Made by a program: the position numbers and the translations under genes. The notes below the pieces were generated by a model. It made no database searches. It saw only the letters and a list, made by a program, of their open reading frames with translations, and was not told the DNA's origin. Below are positions 55,348 to 64,000 of a DNA stretch of 64,000 bases, in pieces. The number at the start of each line of letters is the position of its first letter. The stretch's first letter is position 1. Source of the stretch: an uncultured Verrucomicrobiae bacterium (GTDB lineage Bacteria; Verrucomicrobiota; Verrucomicrobiia; Chthoniobacterales; Chthoniobacteraceae); the NCBI GenBank assembly GCA_963828525.1, contig CAWHEP010000003.1, positions 32,001 to 96,000 on the forward strand, given 5' to 3'.

Positions 55348-55391
55348 AACATCCAGTTGCCCGCGAACAACTAAGCGGACAACTGGATGTT
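55348..55391 (-). repeat. Inverted repeat/RNA hairpin after pilin 1, homologous to 54805-54852
   Basis: AACATCCAGTTG ... CAACTGGATGTT; extends to 17 bp with one G.U pair on the minus strand. Confidence 0.85.
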
Positions 55392-55413
55392 CCATGAATT
55401 TTTTCCTTCTCTC

Positions 55414-55821
55414 TTACATGTAGGGCGACCAGAACGTGTTGGGCGCCACATCGGACAAGGAGTTGAAGGAAGCGGCAGGGACTTTAGGAACGAAGTCCAC
55501 GGAGAACGTTCCGGAGTTGCCGTACTGGTTGCCGAAGAGATCGCTGCCCGTGCTGTAAAGCGTGGTGCCCGTCTTCAGGTAGTTTTTGAGGTCAGTGAAG
55601 GTAGCCGAGAAGCCAGTGGTCTTGCTGGTTTCGATCGCGTACTGGTCGAGAGCGGAATCCAGCATGCGGAGATCCTCAAGCACGCGAGTCGCTTGGGAGC
55701 GCTTGCGAGCACGGAGGAAGTTAGGCACCGCGATCGCCGCCAACAGAGCGATGATCGCCACTACAATCATGATTTCAACGAGGGTAAAGCCCCCGCGATT
55801 CTTGTTAAGTTTCTGTAACAT
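55414..55821 (-). CDS. Type IV pilin-like protein (copy 1, probable major pilin)
   Basis: GG|FTLVEIMIVVAIIALLAAIAVPNF; paralogous to 54869..55267. Confidence 0.9.
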   Translation of the reverse strand: MLQKLNKNRGGFTLVEIMIVVAIIALLAAIAVPNFLRARKRSQATRVLEDLRMLDSALDQYAIETSKTTGFSATFTDLKNYLKTGTTLYSTGSDLFGNQYGNSGTFSVDFVPKVPAASFNSLSDVAPNTFWSPYM

Positions 55822-55888
55822 ATAATAATGAATTACTGCGTTTGTTTATTGTTTTGAATTATGCGACTTCTCGCTTACAACCCTTATA

Positions 55889-55904
55889 AGCAGAAGTGAT
55901 GCCA
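55889..55904 (-). promoter_or_regulatory. Sigma54 -24/-12 promoter for the pilin genes
   Basis: Minus strand TGGCATCACTTCTGCT (TGGCA...TGCT, GG-N10-GC), about 70 nt upstream of the pilin ATG. Confidence 0.6.
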
Positions 55905-57770
55905 CCGATTGACATAAAGCCAGCACCGAGCCGCAGGTGGTTTGCTTCTGTACCGGTCTGGCTCTTCCTCCTTGCCTTTTTTGTCCGGCTGATTGTCCTG
56001 GCCCGGTTCAGCAACTCCGCCTACCTCATCCCCGCAGGGGGAGACATGAAGTTCTACAATGACTGGGCTCTCCGCATTTTAAAGGGTGTGTGGACAGACC
56101 ATCACGCTTTTTACGGTCTCCCCGGCTACGCGTTTTTCCTTGCGGGAATCTATCGTGCCTTGGGCTACAACCCCTTTGTGGTGGGGCTGCTGCAGTGCGC
56201 TTGCGAGGCGACAACAGGCGTCATTATCTACGAATTGGCGCGGGCTGTATTCCCAGAATGTCAACCGCCTGGCCAGGTTTGGAGCCGGGGTGAAATTATT
56301 GGAATCGCAGCCGCGGCCGGCTGGACGTTCTTCGAGCCCGCGCAGGCCTTTTCTGTGATCCTGATGCCTACAACATGGCTGGTTTGCGCCTATTGGGCGT
56401 GCGTTCTGTGGGCCGCGCGGACACGTTCTTCCTCCGCGTGGCGGCCTTGGCTATGGATGGGGCTCCTGGTCGGAATCGTGTCTACGATGGTGGCGACGAT
56501 CCTCTTCATAATCGTTCTTATTGTTGCCGCGATCTGGATCAACGTGGACTCCCAAAAGCCGCTCCTTGCCCGGCTGGCAAAACTGTCAGGGTCAGTCGGG
56601 GTGCTGTTGCTCGGAGTCTTTGCCGGCATGTCCCCCTGCTGGCTCCATAACTACTTCGTTGCCGGGGAGCCAGTTCTGCTTTCCGCCCACAGCGGCGTCA
56701 ACTTCTATATAGGGAATAATCCGCTGGCAAATGGCTATCCGAAAATCCCCCCAGGCCTCCGTGCCGGACAAGCCGGAATGCTTCAGGATTCCATCACAAT
56801 GGCAGAGACGGCGGCCGGTCATCCCCTCACCCGCGCCGAGGTCTCCCATTTCTGGTCGTCAAAGGCCAACGCTTACATCCATTCTCATTTTTTAGAGTGG
56901 ATTCGTCTAAATTGCATCAAATTTAAGAATTTCTGGAATTCCTTCCAGTATGATGACCTTAGTCTCATCACGCTTCTGGAGGAGGAGGGTTTCCTCACCC
57001 CATCAATCCGCTTCGGCGTGGTTGCAGCGTTTGGGATTGCAGGCATGATCATCGCTGGCATCAGATCGCCACGCTCACGCTGGATCATTGCCGCCATTCT
57101 TCTACACATGTGCGCGCTTCTCCCAGTGTTCATTACCGAGCGTTACCGCATGGCGGCCGTTCCCGGCCTTCTTCTTATGGGCTGTTACGCGCTTTGGACT
57201 TTGTTCACCTCCCTCCTTTCCAGCCGCTGGGGAGAGTCACTGGCTGTCTGTTCGCTTTGCGCAGCCTCGACGCTTTTCGTGTCCTGGCCTGTATCGGATC
57301 CGGGCTTGTGGTCGCTGGACTGCTACAATACGGGGATCAAAGCAACTGAAGCCGGTCATCTTGAAAGGGCCAAGGAGAAGCTGGAGAAGGCCTATGCGTA
57401 CGTCCCGAATAATTCTGAGATCAATTTCGCGTTGGGCAACCTTTGGGTGAAAGAAGGAGAGCCGCGAAAGGCCAAGGCGTTCTATCGCAGAACACTGGAA
57501 ATCAATCCTCGCCACAGCGGCGCTTACGACAACCTGGGCATGCTCGCGATGAACGAACACCAGTGGACGATTGCCCGCGCGTTTCTGTCACGGTCCGCGG
57601 ACATCGAACCTGGAGACGCCAAAACGCACTTCCTGCTATCCGAATCTCTGCTGGAGGAAGGTCAAGTGGAACCGGCGGGAGACGAGATCAACAAGGCACT
57701 CTCCCTGGCGCCGGACCGAAAGGAATTCCAGGATTTGCAATCGACCATCCGCGCGAGGGAGCAACGATGA
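55896..57770 (+). CDS. GT-C (GT39/PMT_2-like) membrane glycosyltransferase with C-terminal TPRs
   Basis: GDMKFYNDWA, PGY..FLA, GVNFYIGN, ERYR; many TM segments; TPR C-terminus. Confidence 0.78.
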   Translation: MMPPIDIKPAPSRRWFASVPVWLFLLAFFVRLIVLARFSNSAYLIPAGGDMKFYNDWALRILKGVWTDHHAFYGLPGYAFFLAGIYRALGYNPFVVGLLQCACEATTGVIIYELARAVFPECQPPGQVWSRGEIIGIAAAAGWTFFEPAQAFSVILMPTTWLVCAYWACVLWAARTRSSSAWRPWLWMGLLVGIVSTMVATILFIIVLIVAAIWINVDSQKPLLARLAKLSGSVGVLLLGVFAGMSPCWLHNYFVAGEPVLLSAHSGVNFYIGNNPLANGYPKIPPGLRAGQAGMLQDSITMAETAAGHPLTRAEVSHFWSSKANAYIHSHFLEWIRLNCIKFKNFWNSFQYDDLSLITLLEEEGFLTPSIRFGVVAAFGIAGMIIAGIRSPRSRWIIAAILLHMCALLPVFITERYRMAAVPGLLLMGCYALWTLFTSLLSSRWGESLAVCSLCAASTLFVSWPVSDPGLWSLDCYNTGIKATEAGHLERAKEKLEKAYAYVPNNSEINFALGNLWVKEGEPRKAKAFYRRTLEINPRHSGAYDNLGMLAMNEHQWTIARAFLSRSADIEPGDAKTHFLLSESLLEEGQVEPAGDEINKALSLAPDRKEFQDLQSTIRAREQR

Positions 57771-59047
57771 CAGACGCCGAAACGCCTGCCGCCCGACGCA
57801 GCGGTGGCGCCATCATCCTTTGCTCCGCGCTGCTCGGCTTGCTCCTGAAGCTGTACTGCGCATGGACGACGTTTGGTTCCAACGACGTGCTGCTGCACCT
57901 CGCTTACGGGGAACTGCTCTCCAAGCACGGCTTGAAAGCCATGTATGAGAAGACATCTCTCTTCAACCACACACCCTTGGTAGCGGGATATTTTGCCGCA
58001 AGCTACCAGTCCGCAAACTTCCTGGGGACCAAGTTCCCTGCTCTTATGGCCTTCTTCCCGCAAAGCGCGCGGGATCATCCGTTCCTTTTCCCGCTGTGTC
58101 TCCGCATCCCGCCCATTCTCGCGGACCTATTGGCGGTGGGCCTTGTGGTCCGCTTTCAGCGGAGGACGGGGCGCCTGCCGGTCTGGGCTATCTGCCTCTT
58201 CGCCCTGAGTCCCGTCTCTTTCATGGTTTCCGGGTATCACGGGAATTTCGATTCCATGATGGTCCTGTTTCTCCTGTTAGCCGCGGCAATGGCGGATGAG
58301 GAGCGTCCTCTGATGTGCGCGGTCGCTCTCGGAGTGGCCTGTAATTTTAAAATAATATCCGTGCTTCTCGGCCCAATCTTTTTTTTCTACTGGCTGCATC
58401 GAGGCGAGGGCGTCCGGTTTGCGGCGCTCACCGCGGCTGTGTGTCTTGCGGGGTGGTCGCCGGCGCTTTTGTTATGTCCGGCATTGTTCCTCCATAATGT
58501 GCTTGGCTACAGCAGTTACTGGGGCATCTGGGGGATAACCTACTGGCTCCGAGCCACAGGCATCCCGGGTTTTGCAAAGGTATCTTTTACCGGATTGAGC
58601 GCGCGGCAGGTTACGACGATGACAGTTCTGAAGTTTGCAGTCATCTTCAGTATTCTCGCGCTGGCCTGGCGCCGGCGCGCTCTTCCGGGAAGATGTATCT
58701 TTGCGACAATCGCGTACGCCTGGGCGGTTTTCTTTACGATTGCGCCTGGGGTTTGCGCCCAGTACATGGTTTGGCCCGCTCCCTTTATTCTGCTTTGCTC
58801 CACGTCCTGGTACCTCATTTTCACGGCCGCGAGCGCGCTTTTCCTGTTCAGATTCTACGACGTGATCTCGGAAGGCATGCCTTGGTATTATGGAAGCTCA
58901 ACCAACAACCTGGACCACCTTTGGGTTCCCTGGACAAACATCCCTTGGGTCGTGATGTTTGCGGCGCTGCTCATTTTCTGCCGTCGGATTGTAATCGGAA
59001 CAGCGCAACCATCTGATCAGGACGCGCTCTCCACCGCAGATTTATGA
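57767..59047 (+). CDS. GT-C (GT87/PIG-M-like) membrane glycosyltransferase
   Basis: Start MTDAETP (ATGA overlap); GSNDV, FNHTP, PPILADL, HGNFD, FK, QYMVW. Confidence 0.72.
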   Translation: MTDAETPAARRSGGAIILCSALLGLLLKLYCAWTTFGSNDVLLHLAYGELLSKHGLKAMYEKTSLFNHTPLVAGYFAASYQSANFLGTKFPALMAFFPQSARDHPFLFPLCLRIPPILADLLAVGLVVRFQRRTGRLPVWAICLFALSPVSFMVSGYHGNFDSMMVLFLLLAAAMADEERPLMCAVALGVACNFKIISVLLGPIFFFYWLHRGEGVRFAALTAAVCLAGWSPALLLCPALFLHNVLGYSSYWGIWGITYWLRATGIPGFAKVSFTGLSARQVTTMTVLKFAVIFSILALAWRRRALPGRCIFATIAYAWAVFFTIAPGVCAQYMVWPAPFILLCSTSWYLIFTAASALFLFRFYDVISEGMPWYYGSSTNNLDHLWVPWTNIPWVVMFAALLIFCRRIVIGTAQPSDQDALSTADL

Positions 59048-60292
59048 ACGGAACCACCCCCTCGGACGCGCCAGAGGATGCCCCGCGGCCAAGCCTCCTT
59101 CACGACTTCCGCTGGCTGGGCGCGGTTTGCCTGATCGCTGCCATCGGTATTTTCCTTCGGGTTTATCCCTCGGGGACTTTTGCGCACATCGGATACGACG
59201 AGAACCTGTACAGGAACTACGTGAACCAACTGTACTACACCGGCCTCACCGAATACCCGTCGATCGTCGAGAGTTACATCATCGAGCAAAGGAAACTGCC
59301 GGGATCGATCCTGCCGCCAATGCGCTTCCTGTATATCTTCACGTCGTCGTTATGGAAACACTCCTTTGGCGGCGAGACTCTCAAGGTTCTGCGATCGGTC
59401 GCGTGCTTTTTTAGCGTCCTCACGCTGCTCCTCTCAGGCATTTTTGCATTCCGGCTTGGAGGCAAGAAGACTTGCCTTGCGGTTCTGGCTCTCATTGGAT
59501 GCGCACCCACCCAGATTCACATGGGCCAGCACGCGCTCGTGGATGGCTTCTTCACATTCTGGGCGCTTCTTACTCTCTGGCTGTTCTGGGAAGCGCTCCA
59601 GCATCCCGACAGGAAGCGGTGGATAATTTGCTATTGCGCGTCGTTCGCGTGCATGGTCATGACGAAGGAGAATTCATTTTTTGTATTCTTCGCCATTTGC
59701 GGTCTTATGGTCGTCGCTCGCTGGTTGAAGCTGGGGCAGGTTTCGCGCCCGCTCGTGCTGATGACTGTCGCAGGGCCTCTCTTGGGCGTTTGCCTGCTGA
59801 TTGCTCTTGCCGGGGGTGTCAGCAACTTCATTGAGACTTACCACCTATCGGTAACAAAGAACCTGGTTCTGCCCTACGCAATCAAGACCGGGGATGGGCC
59901 GTGGTACAGGTATTTGGTGGACTTGATGCTGGTAAGCCCGCTCATTCTGATGCTCGCGATCGGTCGGATGTTTGAACTCAGATCCGAAAACCGGCAGGAG
60001 ATATTCCTGATACTGTTCATCCTGTTTAGCTACCTTGTCATGGCGAACCTAAAGTACGGAATGAACCTCCGGTACGCGAACATGTGGGATTTTCCGCTCC
60101 GCTACCTTGCTTACGGATTGCTTACTACGTTAAGCGCCCGGTGCGGGCGATGGAAAGACGCCTGCCTGATCGGCAGCCTCGCTGGCATCTGTCTTTTCGA
60201 GGTGCATCAGTACCTACGTCTTCTTCGTTGATTTCGGACTTTACGAACTCATCAGCGAGGGGCTGTTGCGCGCTGTAAACATACTAAAGTGA
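59044..60292 (+). CDS. GT-C (ArnT/PMT-like) membrane glycosyltransferase, probable +1 frameshift at about 60213
   Basis: GYDE..Y, KEN, GPWYRY, NLRY; as sequenced it stops at 60231; removing one C gives QYYVFFVDFGLYELISEGLLRAVNILK*. Confidence 0.72.
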
Positions 60293-61765
60293 TCCATCCG
60301 CGTTAGCGGATCCCACTTCCGCGTGAATTTCTTGCAACTCCACAAGGAGATTATGGACAGTTGGATTTGCGCGAGCTCTAAGGAATATCTGATAGGAAAA
60401 AAGGCCCTTATTAAATCGGATCAGGAGCCCGTTGAACCACGCAAGAGTCTTGCTCATCCAATTAATCCCCAATACCCGCGCGTACGGCGCGGGGATGCCG
60501 CGAACCTCCTCTATGGTATAACCAGTCTGCTCCAGCAGCTCGCGCAGAGAGGAAATTGTGAATAGACGGGTGTGCGTCCGATCAAGGATACCCTTCCTGC
60601 CGTAGTTGAAGTGCCCCGCGAGCAGCATAAGCCGGGTAACGAAAAAGGCGATGTTCGCGGTCGTTAAAATAATTTCCGGCCGCGTCCGAGCCGCGGCTGC
60701 CCGAAGCTTTTCCATGAACTCTTCCGGGTCGCTGAGGTGCTCTATGATATCGAGCATGAATATTTGCTCATATTGAGATACGTCGACGGGACTTTCCCCG
60801 CCATCCAGATCCCAGCGATGAAAGTCTATATTCCGGATGGAGCGAATTCCCGGATCATACCGATCCACGGCGGTGACTCTGCCAGCCTTTTTAGCAAACT
60901 CCCGGGCAACGTATCCCCTACCGCATCCCAAATCGAGAATGGAGGCGCCCGTCCTGACAGCGCCTATGGCGGCGGTGTGCGAAGAAGGGAACCCCAGTTT
61001 GAGATCATAGGTTTCCTCGACAGGTTCGACATCAAACTTCCTGTCGTATAGCAGTGTTTTCCTGTGGAACGAGGCTCGGAGGGTTGCACGAAAGATTTTC
61101 CAGGCCACGTACAGGCTTAACTGATCTCCGGGCGTCGGCGCGGAAGCGGCGAGTCGCGTTACCGGCAGATTTGAAGAAAGGAACTGTATAGCCAGTTCGG
61201 TATCGAAACGCTCGTCATTACTGTTTCTCTCGAAAGGAACGCTCCTGATCGCCTCAACTGAATAGACTCGATAAGCGGCATCGAACGGCGCAAACTCTGT
61301 ATGCAGCAGACGACGCTGCGCGACGCCGAGACATCCAGCCAGCATCGTATGAAGTGAAGAACCACTCACCGGCGGGCCCAGCGCGGCTGCAGCGGGGGGA
61401 TTGGAGAGCGCGGAAGCAACCGCAAATTTGATGCCCGCGGCATCAGCACCCGCAGGCACCGTCACCACCAAGTCGAAGTTCTGTTCCACGGCGTACCGGA
61501 AGCCAAGCTTCTGATTCGCGCCGTGATTCGATGAATTCGCAGGATGGCCGCTTATAACTCGCGCGTTAGCGGGAACCGCGGCGTTTTTGCTCCGGTGATG
61601 AACGAAAGAAAAGACCGTGACATCCCATTCACCAAGCTCTGCGCAGACAGTGGCGACAGTGGTTCCGTTGCTCAAGCCCGGCAAGAGAACAAGAAGACGC
61701 GGACCCGTGGCAGCAGCCAGGCAGGATGAATCTGGTTCAGACACTCGCTCCATTATGTCATTCAC
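60284..61765 (-). CDS. Degenerate GT2 / class I SAM methyltransferase fusion
   Basis: GT2 remnants HGANQKLG, YRVYS, FDTE; MTase motifs ILDLGCGRG, LDIIEHL, GILDRTH. Confidence 0.8.
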   Translation of the reverse strand: MNDIMERVSEPDSSCLAAATGPRLLVLLPGLSNGTTVATVCAELGEWDVTVFSFVHHRSKNAAVPANARVISGHPANSSNHGANQKLGFRYAVEQNFDLVVTVPAGADAAGIKFAVASALSNPPAAAALGPPVSGSSLHTMLAGCLGVAQRRLLHTEFAPFDAAYRVYSVEAIRSVPFERNSNDERFDTELAIQFLSSNLPVTRLAASAPTPGDQLSLYVAWKIFRATLRASFHRKTLLYDRKFDVEPVEETYDLKLGFPSSHTAAIGAVRTGASILDLGCGRGYVAREFAKKAGRVTAVDRYDPGIRSIRNIDFHRWDLDGGESPVDVSQYEQIFMLDIIEHLSDPEEFMEKLRAAAARTRPEIILTTANIAFFVTRLMLLAGHFNYGRKGILDRTHTRLFTISSLRELLEQTGYTIEEVRGIPAPYARVLGINWMSKTLAWFNGLLIRFNKGLFSYQIFLRARANPTVHNLLVELQEIHAEVGSANADGSL

Positions 61766-61770
61766 CGGCG

Positions 61771-63690
61771 CTATTTCGACTCCATTCTACTTGCGGGCCG
61801 CATCGACAGCGCGAATCCGAGATTCCTCCTCGCATCCAAAGAGGCGGGACGAAGCCGAAGCGCGATCCGATAATGAATTATGGCCTCCTCCAAACGGCCC
61901 AGCCTCATCAAAACATTGCCAAGATTGTTGTGCGCGTCCGCATAGTCGGGAGCAAGGGAAATGGCGGACGCATACTCAGAGCCTGCGTTTACAAAGTCGC
62001 CTTTTCCCTGCAGCGCGTTACCGAGGTTATAGTGAGCTTTCGCGTAGTCCGGACGAACGCGGAGCGCGGCTCTAAACTGGACGATTGCTTCGTCCGCCGC
62101 CCCTTCTCCTAACAGGGCGCTCCCCAAATTATTGAGCGTCTCGGGGAAGTTTGGACGGGTCGCCAGGTCTGCGCGAAATTCCCGGATTGCCTCGTCCAGC
62201 TTTCCGCTCGCCAGCATGGAATTGCCAAGCGCATAGTGAGCAGGAGCGTAGGCCGGGTCGTCCATGATGGCGGTTCGAAGCGCCTGGACGCCTGATTCGC
62301 TGTGCCCTTCATCGATCAACGCGATACCAAGATTGCAGCGAGCCTCAGCATAGTGAGGCTTGATCGCCAGAGCGCTCTCGTATTGCAAGACGGCTTCAGG
62401 GATTCGTTTTTTGTCGGCGAGAGCGTTCCCGAGATCATTGTGGGCGATGTAGTTCTCTGAAGAGCAGGTGAGCGCCCGGGTCCAAAGTGACTCCCCATCC
62501 ACCCAGAACGAATCCTGCCTTCTCGCGCATATAAGCAGAGCAACCAGCGTGATGCATGCTACTGGACGCGCGAATCTGGAGAGACCGGCGCGTAAAAAGA
62601 CCGAATGCCCCAGCCACGCGGCGGCGATATAGAGACCTATCTGCGGAAGATAGGTGTATCGATCTGCCCGCGCTTGCATGCCTACCTGCACAAGCCCGGC
62701 TACTGGCACAAGCATCCCTAAGTACCAGAGCCATCCAATCAGAAGGCAAGGCTGCGTTTCAAAAAGGAGCAGGCTGCCCGCCGTAATCGCAACGAGGACT
62801 AACGACGAGATGATTACCGTCGCCAGCACAGGACCGTCGGGAGCAAGTGGATAGAACACAGCGAGCTTTGCCGGATAGACCATCTCCAGGAGGTACGTTG
62901 AACAGGCGACAACCGCGTTCTCGACGCGCTGCGTCACGGGGAGTAATTGCAAGGGCTGAAGTCCTCCCCTTTGGGCCATCAACGTGATTGTTGAAATAGC
63001 AGCCGAAAGAGAGAAAAGAGGCAGTTTTTCGAGCACGAGGCGCCTCCAGCCCTCCTGATATCTTTCGAGCGGCCAGGCGTCGAGAAGTAGAAGTACAAAA
63101 GGCAGCGTGACAAGCGTGGGCTTGGAGAGCAGCCCAAAGGCAAAGAACAGCATAACCGGAACGTACGCGCCGATCTTCCGCTGACGCTGGATATACCGAA
63201 CATAAGCCCACAGCGTTAACATGAAGAAAAACCCACTCAGAACATCCTTGCGTTCAGAGATCCAGACGACCGATTCCACCCTCAAGGGATGAATGGCAAA
63301 GGCGGCAGCGGCGAACGCGCTGCGATAGATCGCCCCGGTCATTTGGAGAAGCGCGGCGAAAAGAACGATCGTGGAGCAAGCATGCAGAATGACGCTGCTC
63401 AGATGATGCCCCCAAGGTTTTAGCCCATAGATCTCGCAGTCGACCATATGGCTGAGCCACGTGAGTGGATGCCAGTTTCCGGTGTGCGTATCAGTAAACG
63501 CCCATACTACGCCGGCAACGCCAAGGCCCCGGGCAACTTCTGAATTTTGGTAAACATAGACATTATCGTCGTAGTTTACGAAGCCGCAGCGCAAGGCAGG
63601 CGCGAACGCGGCGAAGACCAGCGCTACTAAGAACGCGCAGATGAGATATGAGCGCCGCGCGCCTGGAGCGGTTTCAAGGCCAGCGTTCAT
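61771..63690 (-). CDS. TMTC-like GT-C glycosyltransferase with multiple TPRs
   Basis: FVNYDD, NWHPLTWLSH, HPLRVESVVWISERKD, SKP, ADRYTY; repeated AHNNLGN-type TPRs. Confidence 0.88.
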   Translation of the reverse strand: MNAGLETAPGARRSYLICAFLVALVFAAFAPALRCGFVNYDDNVYVYQNSEVARGLGVAGVVWAFTDTHTGNWHPLTWLSHMVDCEIYGLKPWGHHLSSVILHACSTIVLFAALLQMTGAIYRSAFAAAAFAIHPLRVESVVWISERKDVLSGFFFMLTLWAYVRYIQRQRKIGAYVPVMLFFAFGLLSKPTLVTLPFVLLLLDAWPLERYQEGWRRLVLEKLPLFSLSAAISTITLMAQRGGLQPLQLLPVTQRVENAVVACSTYLLEMVYPAKLAVFYPLAPDGPVLATVIISSLVLVAITAGSLLLFETQPCLLIGWLWYLGMLVPVAGLVQVGMQARADRYTYLPQIGLYIAAAWLGHSVFLRAGLSRFARPVACITLVALLICARRQDSFWVDGESLWTRALTCSSENYIAHNDLGNALADKKRIPEAVLQYESALAIKPHYAEARCNLGIALIDEGHSESGVQALRTAIMDDPAYAPAHYALGNSMLASGKLDEAIREFRADLATRPNFPETLNNLGSALLGEGAADEAIVQFRAALRVRPDYAKAHYNLGNALQGKGDFVNAGSEYASAISLAPDYADAHNNLGNVLMRLGRLEEAIIHYRIALRLRPASLDARRNLGFALSMRPASRMESK

Positions 63691-63766
63691 CGCTATCGCG
63701 TGACAGCCATACTTCTAACCGACCAGATCCCTCCTGCAAGGCGGTTGATATGATTCAACAGCCGCT

Positions 63767-63797
63767 CCCCTCGTCGTGAGATCACCACGACGAGGGG
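63767..63797 (-). terminator. Hairpin downstream of nrdJ
   Basis: CCCCTCGTCGTG-N7-CACGACGAGGGG, 12-bp stem; no clear U-tract. Confidence 0.55.
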
Positions 63798-63812
63798 TCA
63801 TAGTGTCACCTT

Positions 63813-64000
63813 TTAGCTGCAACCCTGGCTGGTGCCACACTCAACGCAGACACCGCAGGTACCAGAACGAATCACCTTCGAACTCCCGCAGTTGGAACAA
63901 CTGATATCCATGAACATGGAACCCAGCGCTTCCTTCACCCGCTCGGCGTGGGTGCGTCCATTCCCGTGTCCATTCCCCATTCGCGGCTCACCTTCCGAAG
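63813..64000 (-). CDS. nrdJ: C-terminus of a B12-dependent (class II) ribonucleotide reductase (partial; not in the ORF track)
   Basis: Manual translation ...CSNCGSSKVIRSGTCGVCVECGTSQGCS* matches the typical NrdJ terminal Cys cluster. Confidence 0.75.
   Translation of the reverse strand, partial: SEGEPRMGNGHGNGRTHAERVKEALGSMFMDISCSNCGSSKVIRSGTCGVCVECGTSQGCS

Noticed and set aside
54805..55391. Pilin-associated palindromes as integron attC sites
   Set aside because: Only one end of one copy fits GTTRRRY, there are no paired R boxes or extrahelical bases, and no integrase is present. The G.U pairing favours an RNA structure.
55414..55821. Electrically conductive (e-pilin) candidate
   Set aside because: Aromatic content is fairly high (15 of 124 mature residues), but the Geobacter-type aromatic positions 27 and 32/57 are missing and such criteria are weak predictors.
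50846..63690. Genomic island integrated at tRNA-Arg
   Set aside because: No integrase, no repeated tRNA 3' end in the window and no obvious compositional shift.

Overview
GC-rich bacterial chromosome segment, most likely Verrucomicrobiota (Chthoniobacterales-like; inferred from gene content, not verified by search). Most of it is housekeeping: the atpC end, a two-kinase signalling pair, cysK, a 2-oxoacid dehydrogenase E1a/E1b/E2 operon, a GH57 branching enzyme, rfbB/rfbD, a UvrD/PcrA helicase, a liv ABC transporter, sdhCAB, mreBCD-mrdA-rng, a polyprenyl synthase, radC, wzm/wzt, tal, putA, tRNA-Arg(UCG) and the 3' end of nrdJ. Three loci stand out. (1) 51.5-63.7 kb: two tandem Ser/Thr-rich type IV pilin genes, with a sigma54-type promoter and a covarying RNA hairpin after each gene, sit among five GT-C-fold membrane glycosyltransferases (two TMTC-like with TPRs) and a degenerate-GT2/methyltransferase fusion. 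This is a candidate pilin glycosylation system. (2) 12.1-14.2 kb: a DUF692 (MNIO)/DUF2063 RiPP cluster with a secreted six-Cys, internally duplicated bufferin-like precursor. (3) A small coiled-coil + AT-hook + winged-helix-like protein behind the tRNA, a possible nucleoid/xenogeneic silencer. At least five genes carry single-base +1 frameshifts that look like assembly errors. No CRISPR array, transposase or integrase was seen.
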